The notes under the pieces were generated by a model. It was not told the origin of the DNA, did no database searches, and saw nothing but the letters and a program-made list of their open reading frames with translations. Source: Ginglymostoma cirratum (Eukaryota). From it: 64,000 nucleotides of DNA. The stretch lies in contig JAHRHZ010000051.1 of the NCBI GenBank assembly GCA_024137785.1, forward strand, positions 19,641,388 to 19,705,387, read 5' to 3'. This document shows positions 50,400 to 63,545 of this stretch, in pieces. The stretch's first letter is position 1; each line of letters opens with the position of its first letter. The translations under genes were made by a program, and so were the position numbers.

Positions 50400-50700
50400 G
50401 CAATTACAACTGATATTTATATAGTGCCATTAATGTTCTAAAACATCCCAAGTTGCTTCACAGGACAGTTATAAAACTATAAAAAGATATTGAGTCAGAA
50501 AAGGAGATATGACGTCAGATGACCGATGGTATGGTCAAAGAGATGCGCTTGATGCTGTCTTCAAAGAAAAATGTAAGTTAGAGAAGTCAAGTTTTATAGT
50601 TGGGCACGGTGGGGGGCAGTGGGGGCTTAGTGGTAGATTCCTCACCTGATGGCCTGGGTAACTGAAGGCAGGAGCACCAATGGCAGTATGTTGCCAAATG
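50400..50700 (-). mobile_element. L2 LINE 3' end
   Basis: atttatatagtgcc...aaacatcccaagttgcttcacagg...atggtcaaagag. Confidence 0.65.
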
Positions 50701-51679
50701 GTTACCTAAATGTGCATGCTTTAGGTGATGGGGAATAAGACTCTCAGGAGAAGCTCACAAAAACAATAGCAGACTCCATTTATATGGCCACTATAACATA
50801 AGAAATCATGGCAAGAAGTATAATTGAGACAGAAAGGAAATTGTAGGTTTGTGGAAGAAATACGGAAGGATCAGTGGTAGGTAGAGCAGTGGCAATGCAT
50901 TGAAAAATACAGGTTTTGTAAGGTAATCTCAGTGGGATGACCTTTGGAATCAGCATGTGCAGTAAGTCCAAGGCCTCAATGTACTAACCTGATATTGAAG
51001 TGCCCAGGAGGCTGCTTTAAGGATAGGCTGACATGGTAATTTTAGACTAGTGCTCAGTAGGAAAGGATCATATCCATGAGCGGAGTTAAAGATTGCTTGT
51101 AATTCTTCATACATTTTACGTGGTGACTGCACATCACTGTTCTGATAGTAGGGCATTTGAATTCGATGAGCCGCATCCTTGAACAATTGCAGAGACAAGA
51201 GTTACAATTTGGAAGGTTAGCAAAAGCAGGCTGCCGAGGAATGCTGATAATATTTCACTTTGAGCGTCAGCTGTTACTTAATCTTTAATAAAGCACTAAT
51301 AGTACAATTGCTTAAAAAATTATACGATAACATTATAATTATATTATGAAAAATCATTAACATATGTTTAAGAAAAATAGCTAATATCCCACTATAATAA
51401 CTGATTAGAATATTGCAGTGGCCTGCAAAAGCAAACTGCAGTGTAACTGCTTTATAAATATTTCATAGTGGCTCATGGTACATTATTAATTAATAGAAAT
51501 GATAACCTCACGAGTTCTTATTATCAGAAGACAGCGAAAGTTTTATACAATTCACATCTCTCGCTGACATCAGCGTTTCCTGTGGTGCTGCACCACTAGC
51601 AGAATTCCAGAAATCCAGTTGCCTCTCCATATAGAAGCCAATGTAAAAAATACTTGGTGAGTATAAAAGAAATAAAAAC

Positions 51680-52090
51680 TTGCACCGATACAGCACCCTT
51701 CGTAACCACCAGACACCTCAAAGGGCAATATAGACTGTGCAGTATTTTGCTGAAGAGCCTTCATTGCTGTAGTGCAGGAAGCACAGCAGCCAATTTGTAC
51801 ACAGCAAGCTCCCACAAACTGTAATACAATATTAGCCACATACAATGTTTGTTGTGACATTGATTAAAGGATAAGCATCAACTTGAGATAACACTTGCCC
51901 TTCCTTGAGATAGTGTTGCATCGCACTGAGAGGGCAGAATGGGCCTCTCTCTCTCTCTCCCCTGAAAAGCAGCACCCTCTCACTAGTGCATTGGAATATC
52001 AGGTTAGACTTTTATGCTCAAGTTCTGGAGTAAGTTTTAAATCCACAGTCGTCTGCCTTGGCTACAAAGGCACTATGCCATGAGTTATGG
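51680..52090 (-). mobile_element. Deu-domain SINE (SacSINE1-like)
   Basis: ggaagcacagcagccaatttgtacacagcaagctcccacaaac...ctgagagggcaga...cagcaccctc; reverse of 16260-16730. Confidence 0.75.
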
Positions 52091-53056
52091 CTGAAGTTGT
52101 ATGCACAGCAATAAGCAGCGACAGCGTAATTATAAATCAGTTAAATGATAGTTAATGGCAACTTATTACTTATTCAAGCATGGAATGACAGTAATTCCCA
52201 AAATGTAAAATGTGGAATTAGTGCATTTTCTTACACTATTTGCCAGTTTATTTTTAAATAATTCACCCTGTGTTATCAATTCTGTAATATCATGGAGGGC
52301 CAGGATACTTGTTATTGAGCTGTTCTTGGTCCTGAAAAACATTGGTTTACAATGAACTGTACCTGTGGTAACAACTGTGGGGCTAAGACTGAAACACAAA
52401 GTGGAAGAGCTAAGGAGGGTCCAATTACATCCTTGATCTAATTCTCTAACAAAATCCAGAGTTTTGAAGAGAAAGTGGATGCATGAAGCCTTACATGTGA
52501 ATCCTGGGTACCTAAAAAGTAATTGGTGTTCTCCATCCCGTTGACACATTTGGGTGATATTCTAGATTGCTTCATGTATGCACATAAGGAAATACAGTCA
52601 CAGAAAATACCTGCATACACACGCACACATACATTTATACATATAGATGCACATCACATCCTTATTCATTTGCAAACATTTATTTTCAATTTCTTTCATT
52701 GGTCCCTTTTATTTTGGCTTCCTCAGCTGTGTTCTTCAGCCTGTACAACAGCGACTTACATTTATATAGCACATGGGAAAAATTTCTTGTGGCACTTCAC
52801 AGGAGAATTTGCAAACAAGCTCTGATATTCAATCACGTATTGAACCACTCTAATATATTTTAATATGTGCAACCAAAAGGTTAATCAAATTGCTAGGTTG
52901 TAAGAAACATCTTAAAGAAAGAAAGGTTGGAGAGATCCAGGGAGGGAATTCCAGAGCTGAGGGCCCAGGCAAGTGAAATCCAGGTCATGTAAGGTGGATA
53001 TGGTTAAAATATACTGATTGGAATACCAGGTCAGCTACACCAGAAGGAAGGCAGTG

Positions 53057-53310
53057 AACATAGAACATAGAACAGTAGAGCACAGGAACAGGCCCTTTGG
53101 CCCATGATGTTGTGCCGAACATGATGCCCAAACTAAACTAATCCCTTCTGCTTGCCCTTGGTCCATTTCCCTCCATTCCTTTCATATTCATGTCCTTATC
53201 TAAGAGTCCCTTAAATGCCCCAATCATATGTGCCTCCACCACCACCCCTGGCAGTGCTTTCCAGACTCCTACCACTATCTGTGTAAAAAACTTGCCCCTC
53301 ACATTTTCTA
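53057..53310 (-). mobile_element. CR1 LINE 3' end, young
   Basis: (aacatag)n tail, ggaacaggccctttggcccatgatgttgtgccg...accactatctgtgtaaaaaacttgccc. Confidence 0.85.
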
Positions 53311-53529
53311 GGATGTAGTTTGCTCAGCAACTGTCGAGCATTGCAACATCTCTCAATGAATCAAGTTGTGTCATGGTTGGGCAAACATCAAGTGCAGGTG
53401 ATGATTCTAATGCTCAGTTCCCTTCTGAAAAATGTATAATATGAATCAAAATGTTGAAATGGAGAAGATGGAAATTGTAAGAGAATTGCAGAGTAGGAAA
53501 AGATGAAAAAGAAAATCATTTAAAAAGCA

Positions 53530-53830
53530 AGACTTGCATTTCTATAAAGCCTTTCATGGTCATAATACCTTCCAAAGTGCTTTCTGGCCAATGTAATGTA
53601 GTCACTATTAACTGCAGGAAGCACAGTCACCAATTTATTGATAATTAGAGCTCATACATGGCAATGTGAATATCTGAATTTGGCTGAGAAACTCAAATTG
53701 GCTGGGACACTGGAAAAGTTCCCTTGCTCCTTTTCATTGACCTGGGAGGGTAGATGGGCCATTGGTTTAATATTTCATCTGAAATGTGGCACTTCCATCA
53801 ATGCAGTGCCTCCTCAGTGATGAAAGTAGG
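53530..53830 (-). mobile_element. Deu-domain SINE fragment
   Basis: gacttgcatttctata...ttccaaagtgcttt...ggtttaatatttcatctgaaa...tgcagtgcctcctcagt. Confidence 0.65.
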
Positions 53831-55599
53831 AGTGTTGCTTCCTGTCCTTGCTATATTCATCCAGTGGACAAATATATCATTTCTTTCATCTGTTGGGGAT
53901 GTATAATCAAGGGGATATGAGGAATTTAAAGGAGAATATAATAAGAAGTGGGGTACAGGGTACAATCTTTCCCACTCAGTTTTTTCCAGGAGTGATTTAC
54001 ATACCATGCAATAAGAAATTCCTTCCAGGTTTGATTGAAATATAACCAGAGCACACATGCATGTTCACTACCGAGAGCAGACTACAGGGACAAAGATACT
54101 TGTGTTCTCCTGGGAATATTAAAGGTAGTGTAATTTTGTTTGTTTAGTTTTATCAGCTTGGATCTCCATGAGGCGGGATATAGCCAGTGTTGAGGCCTGA
54201 GCTGTTATGTTGGGAAACCCATCTACTGAGGAGATTGGCATTATCAATTAAAGGAGTTTAAGTGTAAAATTGTGCCTGAGCTTATAGTCATGAGAATATC
54301 TCAGACAGTGGGTCAATCAGGAAAGTAATACTATTGAGCAAAACCCAACAGTCTGGTGTATTTATAATCAGCTGTTCCTTTCTAGTTATTGTACTTTAAC
54401 AACCTTTTTATTAAGCGCATAATAATTATTTATAGCAAAGTTATTACAATGTCATTAAACAACTGTTCTTTTTCATATAGCTAATAGTTCCTAAAGTTGA
54501 GATATTATGGCTTTGCTAAACATTAAGTGCCAGTTTTATGGCAGGCACTAAAAATGAAGTGTTACTGGAGTGAGGGAGATTTGTGTTCAAATATTCTAAT
54601 TCTTTGCTTTAATCTTTTTTCAATAGTCTACGCAGATTTGCAAAATAGCAACTGGCACTTATGCTGAGCATAATGTTTAATGTATTCTGTAATATTAAGG
54701 GTTCAAATTACTTTCTAAGCAATGATTAACAGATGGGTTTTCTGTAATATTTTATTTCCAATACTAATGAGAGCCGAATTCACAATTGTCTGGATCTTCT
54801 GGTTATTCAAACATACGGCGGGTATTTAATTGTCAATGTAATTTGAAAATGTTTTTCTTTACTGTGAGATGAGTTTTAAAACGAGTACATGTGTTTATGC
54901 CTCTAGTCATATATTAGGAGTATAAATATAGAACAATACATACCTATGAGGGAAGTATCATCTATATGTTTCTTTGTACTTATGTGTCAATGTTTATGTT
55001 TCTTTTATTAATTAAAACAGTCTATGTTTAAACTTTATTATGTTCTCACTATAAAAATGTGCTTGGAAATTTCCTCAGTTTGTAAAGGAATGGTGTTACA
55101 GTTTTCCCAGGGAGTCTGAGTTGTGCTAACATGTCTTTTTGCATGAATGGTACAGTCTGGATCGAGAGTATAATCTGGTTGAGGCTCCAAGTTTCTTTCT
55201 GTCATGCAGCTGACCAGGAATATCCTACTCATACCCATCTGCCATTGAGAAAGGAATTGTTATGCCAAATAAGAACGTACCTTCCTTGACAATCAGGTCC
55301 TGTGGTGGGTCTTTAACCTGATACATAAAGCTCAAAGGCAGCAATGCTACCTACCACCAGGGTTCCATAGAGTGGAGTATGAAGAAAAATTGTCTCATTG
55401 AAGCAGTCATCATTGGGTGTTATCAAAATTAGCTTTCAAAAGCCAAGAGATTGGCATAGGGAAGAAAGTCTAAAAGAGGTACATTTTAAGCTCCAATGTT
55501 GAAACTGGTCAAGGGGAGACTATTAATGATTCCTGATCTCAGTGCAATAACAGCTACATGGAAGACCCATGGGGTGCAAAGTGGTATGCATCCAATAAT

Positions 55600-56110
55600 A
55601 ATTTATACATAAGCCATGTCCTTAACATAATAAAATATCCCAACCCAATTCATACAATTGCATTTTAGCGCAGAATCTGAAACAGAGCCACATAAGGGGA
55701 TACCAGGACAAATAATCAAAAACATTCTCAAAGAGTTAGGCAAGGAGTTGCTGAAAAGGAGGAAAAAGAGGCAGTAAAAAAACTTCAGTGAGGGAATTAC
55801 TCCATTTAGGATGCAGACAGAGGGTGTGGTCACCAATGTTGAGGGCAGAATTACAGCAGCCACAATATCCTGAGAAGATTTCAGAAACAGGAAGCGGCAA
55901 GGCCATGGAGGGATTTGGAAACTAGGATGAAAATGTTATAATTAAGGCACTTCTAAACTGGGAACTAAATCAATGAGAACATGGGATGTGAAAGAGGCCA
56001 TATGCAGCACAAGTTTGAGTGACATCAGTTTTAGGGAGGGGTAGACTGTGAAATGTTGTTCAGCTGTCCATTAGGATTGTCAAATCGAGAAGTAATGAAA
56101 GCATGAATGA
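55600..56110 (-). mobile_element. L2 LINE 3' fragment
   Basis: gagggaattactcca...aaggccatggagggatttggaaac...gaagtaatgaaagcatgaatga. Confidence 0.6.
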
Positions 56111-58214
56111 TGTACACTTTTCTGCATCTGTTATAGTGTGTTTTTGGGTTTCAATCAGAAGTAAGGTCATGTATATTGAATTTATTTTGTATTCTATCAA
56201 GATGATCTTACAACACAAAATGTCTTACTACCTAAGAAAAATAGCATTCACTGTGATTTCATTGGAACCACTGTACATAATTCACACAATTTCCATTCCC
56301 TCTTGTACATGCCCGAGTTCCATCACTTTGTCATATTATGGCATAACTTCAGCTGCCTAAACCACAAGCTCAGAATTCCTTCCCTATTCATCTTTACTTC
56401 TGCACCCCTTTCTTCCCATTTAAGCAGGTCCCAAATATTTGCTTTTATGATTGACATTCTGAACAGCTACCATAATATTTCTTTATAGTGTCAAAACAGG
56501 TCCCATATTTTAACATTAAGTGCACTTTACAAAAGCAAATGAAGCTTTAAAATGTAAAATGAATGTCTGTTGTCATAATTATAACTTGCTTATCTAATGT
56601 TAATGTACACAAATAGAACCTTAAATTTTTAAATTTATATGGTGCAGTGTCACATTGTTTAATAATGTCTCAATTCACTTCACCTTTAATGAATTACTTA
56701 GAGGTGAGTGCCAGTTGTTTTGCAGGCAGACATCTAATCCCAGAACAGTACTTCACAAACAGCCATTGGATAAATGACCACTTAGTTTTACTCATGACTC
56801 TGCTTAGTGCACGGATGCAAAACATCAATATAACCAGAGTTGTATAACAACAAGGATTGAACAATAAGACTATGGGACTATGATTAACACCAAAAAAAAT
56901 TACTTCGCTATTCCAAAATAATTCATTCATGATTTGGCAACTGCTTATCTAATTGAAGCCCATGTACAAATTGATCTTTTTCCAAAGTCCTAGTGTGTCC
57001 CTTATGTGACTGATGACCTAGTCTACAATTCTTCATTCTCCATGACTGGAGCTTAGTAGATTGAAGGCTGCTGATCCTCCACTGTGGGCAGTTGAGATGC
57101 TCACACTGGATGACTTTAAGGAGTGCTGACTATTGAAAACCCAGACAGTTTGCGATTCAACTTTGGCTGGGGACAGTCTGCCTCCACTGCTATTTACCCC
57201 TCCACCATGGGTTGAGAGGCAGGCAGAGGTGAGGAAAGCAGATGCGCTGCCATTCTAAGGAAGGACTCTGTGGAGGCACACCATTCTCAGCGGTCTTAGT
57301 CTCCAGAACAGATCCACTCCAAGCAAGAGCAGAGTGACACCTTACTGGGAGATTCTTGAAGAACCTGTCCTTTGCCTGCCTTTTGCCTGTGTAAACCACT
57401 GGACATGCTCGATGCCAGCATTTATCAGAGCTGCTATTAAAGTTGCGAGAACTGTGTTATGACTCTTGACAGGAGGTGTGCATTGGAAATCAAGGCCCAC
57501 TACTCCACAAGCTGTACCAGAAGTGTACATACTTTAGTAAATCACTAAAATAGAACAAAAGATAATTGCACCAAGTTTCCTCAATAAACTCCAAAATAAC
57601 TCATTTGTAAGAAACGAATGTATTCTTTAAACACATGGCAAACTGGTTATTTACTGAGCTACTGTGCAGAACCAAACTATATGTGGTTGACTCTAAACTG
57701 CTCTCTGGGCAATGAAGGATGGGCAATAAATGCTGCCTGGCCAGCGACGCCCTCATCCCGTGAATGAATAAATATATCCCCCTTAATCGTAAAACACATA
57801 AATTCATTCACATACAGGACAAGATACGTAGCTCTGCAGAACAATTATGAATGGAAAAATAGGTAAAACCCAAATTAAGTGGGTAGCATGAAGTGACTTT
57901 TACGCAGTTCTCTTGGATTCTTGTCAATGAGGCCATGTTGCTCTCAGCAGCAGACCAATGTCTAACTAACTAAACTCAGTTCAGATCACCAGTCAGCTAG
58001 ATTCAGGTCCCATAATTGGATTAACAGTTCAGCTTTCAAGCTCTCTTCTCAACTTCAGCCTGTTTGTCTAGTCAAGAATGTCATAAACAAACACATATCT
58101 CTCTTTTAAAAGTCTTCTGCCAAAATCCGTTGGCTTTTTATAAGCAGCAGACAGTACCCAATTTTAACCTTCTGAGAGTCAATACTTTGCAAACCAGAAG
58201 TAGCCTCCCAAACC

Positions 58215-59170
58215 AGAAATGGAAAAAGGAACAACAGAGCATTTAGCCCCTCAAGGCTGATCTGCAATCTAACTCCATATGCCCACCTTTGTCCTATGGT
58301 TATTAATATTTTTAGCTAAAAATAACATATAATTCCTGCTTTAAAACTAATAATTGATCTGGCATCTGTCCCTAATAGTGGAGGAGAGTTACAAAATTCT
58401 ATCATGTTGCCTGTGAGGAGGCACTTCTGGTCAGTCTAACTCTGACTTTTAGACTATCTGTCCTAATCCTATTCACCCCAACTACTGGAATGAGTTTCTC
58501 TGTGTCTGCTTGTAAATTCCACAGAATACAAGGTTTGATTATGTATTCCTACCTCATAATTTCACTTTGGAGTTCAGGCACCATGCCAGAAAAATAAAAC
58601 CAAACTCCAAGGATCTAAGATGGTAGCTGAGTAGGACGCTCCAGTTGGAGCTCGTCTGCTCCGTTCATTTGTTTTTTTTTTCCCTTTTTTTCTCTCTCCT
58701 GTGTTTTTTTTTCTCATTTCTGCCAGAGGCCCAGAATGGAGAGGGCAGCCAGCAGGCCCGAAGCAGAGTAGGGGCAGCGGTCAGCAGGCCCAAAGGGACG
58801 ATGACTACTGGTTAGGAACTGGTGGAACCCCACCAGACCACATGGAAACCCTTATAGAAAGACTGTAATGTCTATGTTTTTAGCCTTGTTTCTTATTTTC
58901 CTAATTTATACTATGTACACCTGCAATGTGGTGTAACTTTGTTTTCTTTATTTTCTCTATTATTTTGTACCTAAGACTTACATCTAGGCACTTTGTACCT
59001 AAGATGGCGCCGTGTTTTGGAGACATTGTACAGTTTTCACTGTACTCCTGTTCTTTGTAACTTGAGGACGCGTGACAATAAACCTAATTCTGATTCTAAT
59101 TCTAATTCACTACCAGGCCAGAACTACTGACACTTCTCCAGATGTGGTCTAACCAAGGCTATGTACCGCT
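58215..59170 (-). mobile_element. CR1 fragment split by the 58613-59108 insertion
   Basis: catttagcccctc...ctccaagg | insert | ccagaact...ctccagatgtggtctaacca. Confidence 0.55.
58613..59108 (+). mobile_element. Short non-coding retroposon with aagatggc motifs and (attct)n tail (Rex1/Babar-like ends)
   Basis: ctaagatggtagc head, poly-T tract, tttgtacctaaga direct repeat, aagatggcgcc, gtgacaataaacctaattctgattctaattctaattc tail. Confidence 0.6.
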
Positions 59171-60042
59171 GAGGCAGGCCAACTACTGCCATGACAGGGG
59201 TTAGCAGTTGGCATCATGGGCAAACAGAGTTAGGTGCCTAAATCTTCAATAATTTAATAGCATAGTAATTATTTCAAATAATCAGGTGATTGAGCTCACA
59301 ATTCCACATTCCACCCACTAAGGGCCTGAAAAGTCACAAAACTCAATTTCAATCCCTGTGAATCCAGTTGAAGTGCACATTACATTTGAATTGAATGTTA
59401 AACTCTCAGTATGAAACCATGCTGGTTTGATTTTGAAACTTTTTCCTTTCTCCCATACTTCTCCATTCTTCAGGCATCCTTTATCCTCCAGGACTTTGAC
59501 AACGTGGCTGTTACTGGTGTCTCAGCTTGGCTGTTGAACACATGTTACAGTTAAGCTCGCACATCACTACAGCAGTGTTCAATGAACAGCAGTTAGAAGC
59601 AAGAACCCCAGTTGATTCACTCCTCCTTGATCCAAAATCACAGTGGATAACAGCAGTCAATGTTCCCAAGACACAGCAGCTAAAATTGCCTAACCCAGTA
59701 GAGGTAGAAGATCAAAACCAGGGCTTTCCAAGGTCGTTGATTAAACACACTGCAACTTTGAAGAAGTGTCAATTTTTAAATCTAAGTCTTGAAACGGACA
59801 TGTTGATCTAATTGTTTGACGAGTGTTTATGTTGTATTTTTCTTCTCCTTGAGCTCACTAAGTAAATAAACTTCAAGTTATCAACCACATTTAGTGGATT
59901 GGGTAAGTCAAAAATACATGGGTTTGTTCATCAAGCATTTGCAAAGTTGGTAAGAGCATTACATAGTTGAGGACCCTGTACACATGTGAGTTGATATCCT
60001 CCTCAAAACAAACTTGAGATACTGAACAACCATCTCTAAATT

Positions 60043-60599
60043 GAGATAATAGGTACTGCAGATGCTGGAGAATCCGAGATAACAAGGTGTGGAGCTGGAT
60101 GAACACAGCAGGCCAAGCTGCATCATAGGAGCAGGAAAGCTTGACGTTTCGGGCCTAGANNNNNNNNNNNNNNNNNNNNNNNNNNNNNNNNNNNNNNNNN
60201 NNNNNNNNNNNNNNNNNNNNNNNNNNNNNNNNNNNNNNNNNNNNNNNNNNNNNNNNNNNNNNNNNNNNNNNNNNNNNNNNNNNNNNNNNNNNNNNNNNNN
60301 NNNNNNNNNNNNNNNNNNNNNNNNNNNNNNNNNNNNNNNNNNNNNNNNNNNNNNNNNNNNNNNNNNNNNNNNNNNNNNNNNNNNNNNNNNNNNNNNNNNN
60401 NNNNNNNNNNNNNNNNNNNNNNNNNNNNNNNNNNNNNNNNNNNNNNNNNNNNNNNNNNNNNNNNNNNNNNNNNNNNNNNNNNNNNNNNNNNNNNNNNNNN
60501 NNNNNNNNNNNNNNNNNNNNNNNNNNNNNNNNNNNNNNNNNNNNNNNNNNNNNNNNNNNTGGCCTGCTGTGTTCATCCAGCTCCACACCTTGTTATCTC
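60043..60599. mobile_element. Palindromic Penelope-pLTR hairpin element (tail on left), TSD, spanning a 400-N gap
   Basis: 60076-60115 is the exact reverse complement of 60560-60599; tail 60043-60075; flanks aaccatctctaaat (60028-60041) and aaccatctgtaaat (60600-60613); minus-strand tctaggcccGAAACGTC at 60143-60159. Confidence 0.9.
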
Positions 60600-62239
60600 A
60601 ACCATCTGTAAATACACATTTTTCCCTTCAGTATGATGTTTAGAAAATATAATCATATCCATACAGAGGTCTATTACAACAGGTTAGAGATTCACACATG
60701 GGCTTTATTCTCCTTACTCAGAATGATAAAATGAAATCCTTTTCAGTCTCAAAAGATTCAGCCCTTGCCTTCGGTCTTTCCCAACAATTCTAAAGTAACA
60801 TCAAATGTGATTATTATTCCAGAATATATTATACCTTGATATATCAAAACAATGGGGTATATTTTAGCATAATGGAGAAAATAAAACATCAGGCAAGGTG
60901 TAAAATGAGCTTCTGACTCCCTCATCCATTTATAACCCAATTCCCAATTGGACTCTTATTTATTATCAATCCTTCATTCTTAAAAAGCCAACTTTCCTAC
61001 CATTACAGTCAATGAGCAGTCAAAAAGTGACAGTAACTCTAACAGTCTGGAAAATGCAAGACAAATCTGTCCACGATAACATGACAAACACATTTTAATT
61101 AAGACAAAGACACTTTGGCCACAGTATAAAATCAACACAAATGTTATTTTTCTGGCACAGAGACATGCATTTTTGACACTTCACAAAAGGGAAACAAAAT
61201 GAGATAGTCAACATGTAGCACAAAGGATAAAAGAAGTAGTCTTCATCAGATTACATATGGTTTGAAGTGACAGGGAAAAGAAAACACAGCAAGCCAGCAA
61301 AAAGTGACCTGCAAGAATGTAATTACAAAGAGTCAAGTGTAAGCTTTTCCATGATGATAATGCAGGTAACTTTACACCATCATTACTATTTTTCATTTCT
61401 GTCACATGTATTCAGTACATTTTACCATTCAATTATGGCTCAGTTACAGCTAAACATCTTTAGGTCACTGTGCTATGCTAATTGAGTATTGTAATTAATT
61501 ATTGCCTGGGTTGCATTTCAACTGACACCAGTATGGTAAGTCTATCATTTCAAGAGACATTGCAGGACTGCAATAAGGCAGAGTGTGAATCAGCATAAAT
61601 ACTTCCCCATTCAAGATTAGCATGTATTTTTTGTATAATATTTAATATTAATGTAGGTAGAACTAATCTGCAGTCCTACCTGATAATGAGAATGAAATCT
61701 TGTAATGAGATAGATTCCTATCACAGAAAATAAACACTAAGTTTAGCCATTCGAGATACCTGTCAATCATCTTTGATTTCTGTGTCTATCTGTTATAAAT
61801 GATTGCTTGATCTCATCTTCCTTCATCTGCTGAGTATTGTAACTTTATCCACTGTCACACTCAGAATAAATAAGCCCACAGAGCTTTGACTGCTGTCTTC
61901 TGGAAGAGATGGCACAAAGAAGGATGACTGCTTCAGATTTTGTTGTCTCCCTGAGCCACATGATGCATTCAGAGAATTAAAATTTCAACAAGTCATTTGC
62001 TGATAGCCACTATACTGATGTGCTGCACCCAGCTTCAATTTCTTGCGGCTGTGGCAGAAGCTTTGGAGGCAGCAATATGTTTTGGCTCCGTGCCATTTCT
62101 AAGACATTCAGTTTGTATGTCTTTGATGCCATAACTAACAAGGTCGCTTGACCAGAGACTTTTACACAAAAATGCACAATCCTCCATTCTGATCAACGAA
62201 CGTAATTCCTGGTCTGACAACACTGCAAATTTATTACAT

Positions 62240-62620
62240 AACTTAAACGACACCTGTTTTTAAACTCATCCACGGCCTCACCCTTCACTTTCTCTGTAAT
62301 CTCCTCCAGCCCTATAACGGCCTGTAAAATCTGCGCTTGTTCAATTCTGGCCTCTTGCACATTCTCAATTTCCATTACTCTACCATCAGTAGCTAGACCT
62401 TCAGCTCTGGAATTTGCTCCCTAAACCTCTCTTGATCTCTTTTTTTCTTCTCTCTCTTCCTTTAGATTACTCCTTAATAACTGCCTCTTTGACCAAGCTT
62501 TTCTGTGCTGATATCATTTTATATGATTTTGGGTCAAAATTCTGGATCACACTTGTGACACACTTCCTGATCTTTTCCATCATTAAAGGTGCCTCAAAAT
62601 TGCAAAATGCAGTTATTGTT
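62240..62620 (+). mobile_element. L2 LINE 3' fragment
   Basis: ctctgtaatctcctccagccctata...ttctggcctcttgcac...ctttgaccaagcttt...attaaaggtgc. Confidence 0.7.
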
Positions 62621-63269
62621 ACATATGTAGACATCAACTTAATCACTAAAACATGGCTTCCAAAATTTTATACAAACCAAATATTATCTGCTGATTTGAA
62701 TACGAAAGGCAGCTTCACCTCAGTTCAGTGTCCCAGGAACATTTGTAATCAGCTACCTCTTAAAATTAAATGGGGACATTTGCTGATGATTGCTCCATTT
62801 TCAACTCTCAGATACAGAAACACACAACGACAGCCCAACTACAACTGATTTGTCTGATAATTAGTAAGCAAATTTCACAAGGACCAGACCATGAGCATCA
62901 CCAATGAGAAAGATCCTAGCCACCATCCCCTCACATTAAATGGCATTATCATGGCTATCATGAATATTTGAAAGGTTGCCATTGAGCAAAAGGCATTTGT
63001 ACAAACATTTTGTCAGCCTTTTTTTCACAGAACTAAATGAAATCAAGCTTACAACTAAAGAAATATTCCAAATTGTGGAAAGTTATTAAGATTGAATTAA
63101 CTGTCCTTGCTTATTCACTTTATTAAAACATTAAATATTTGAACATCCCTCTTATTGCCACCCATCCACTACCTCAAGAATTCACACCTTCTATCATTAA
63201 TGAATAGCAGCAACATTGCGCCACCTGCAAGGTGCACTGCAGCAATTCACTAAGACCCATTCAACTACA

Positions 63270-63545
63270 CTTGCTCAACCCACAGCCTCTATCATCGAGA
63301 GAAAAAAGGAAAGCAGATGCATGGGAACACCACCACATTCAACTTCCTGTCCAAGTCATACACCATCCCGATTTGGAATTATATCACCAATCATTCAGTG
63401 TTCCGATGCCAAAGTCCTGGAACCCCCTTTCCTGCTGCACTGTGCTACGCATACCCAACATGGATGGCAGCAGTTCAAGAAAACGGCACACTATCACCTT
63501 CACAAGGGCTGTTAGGAACAGGCAATAAACGTTGGCCTCACAAAA
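63270..63545 (+). mobile_element. CR1-clade LINE 3' end
   Basis: gcagatgcatgggaacaccacc...caaagtcctggaac...gcagcagttcaaga...ggcaataaacgttggcc; tail shared with the 37958-38290 SINE. Confidence 0.65.
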
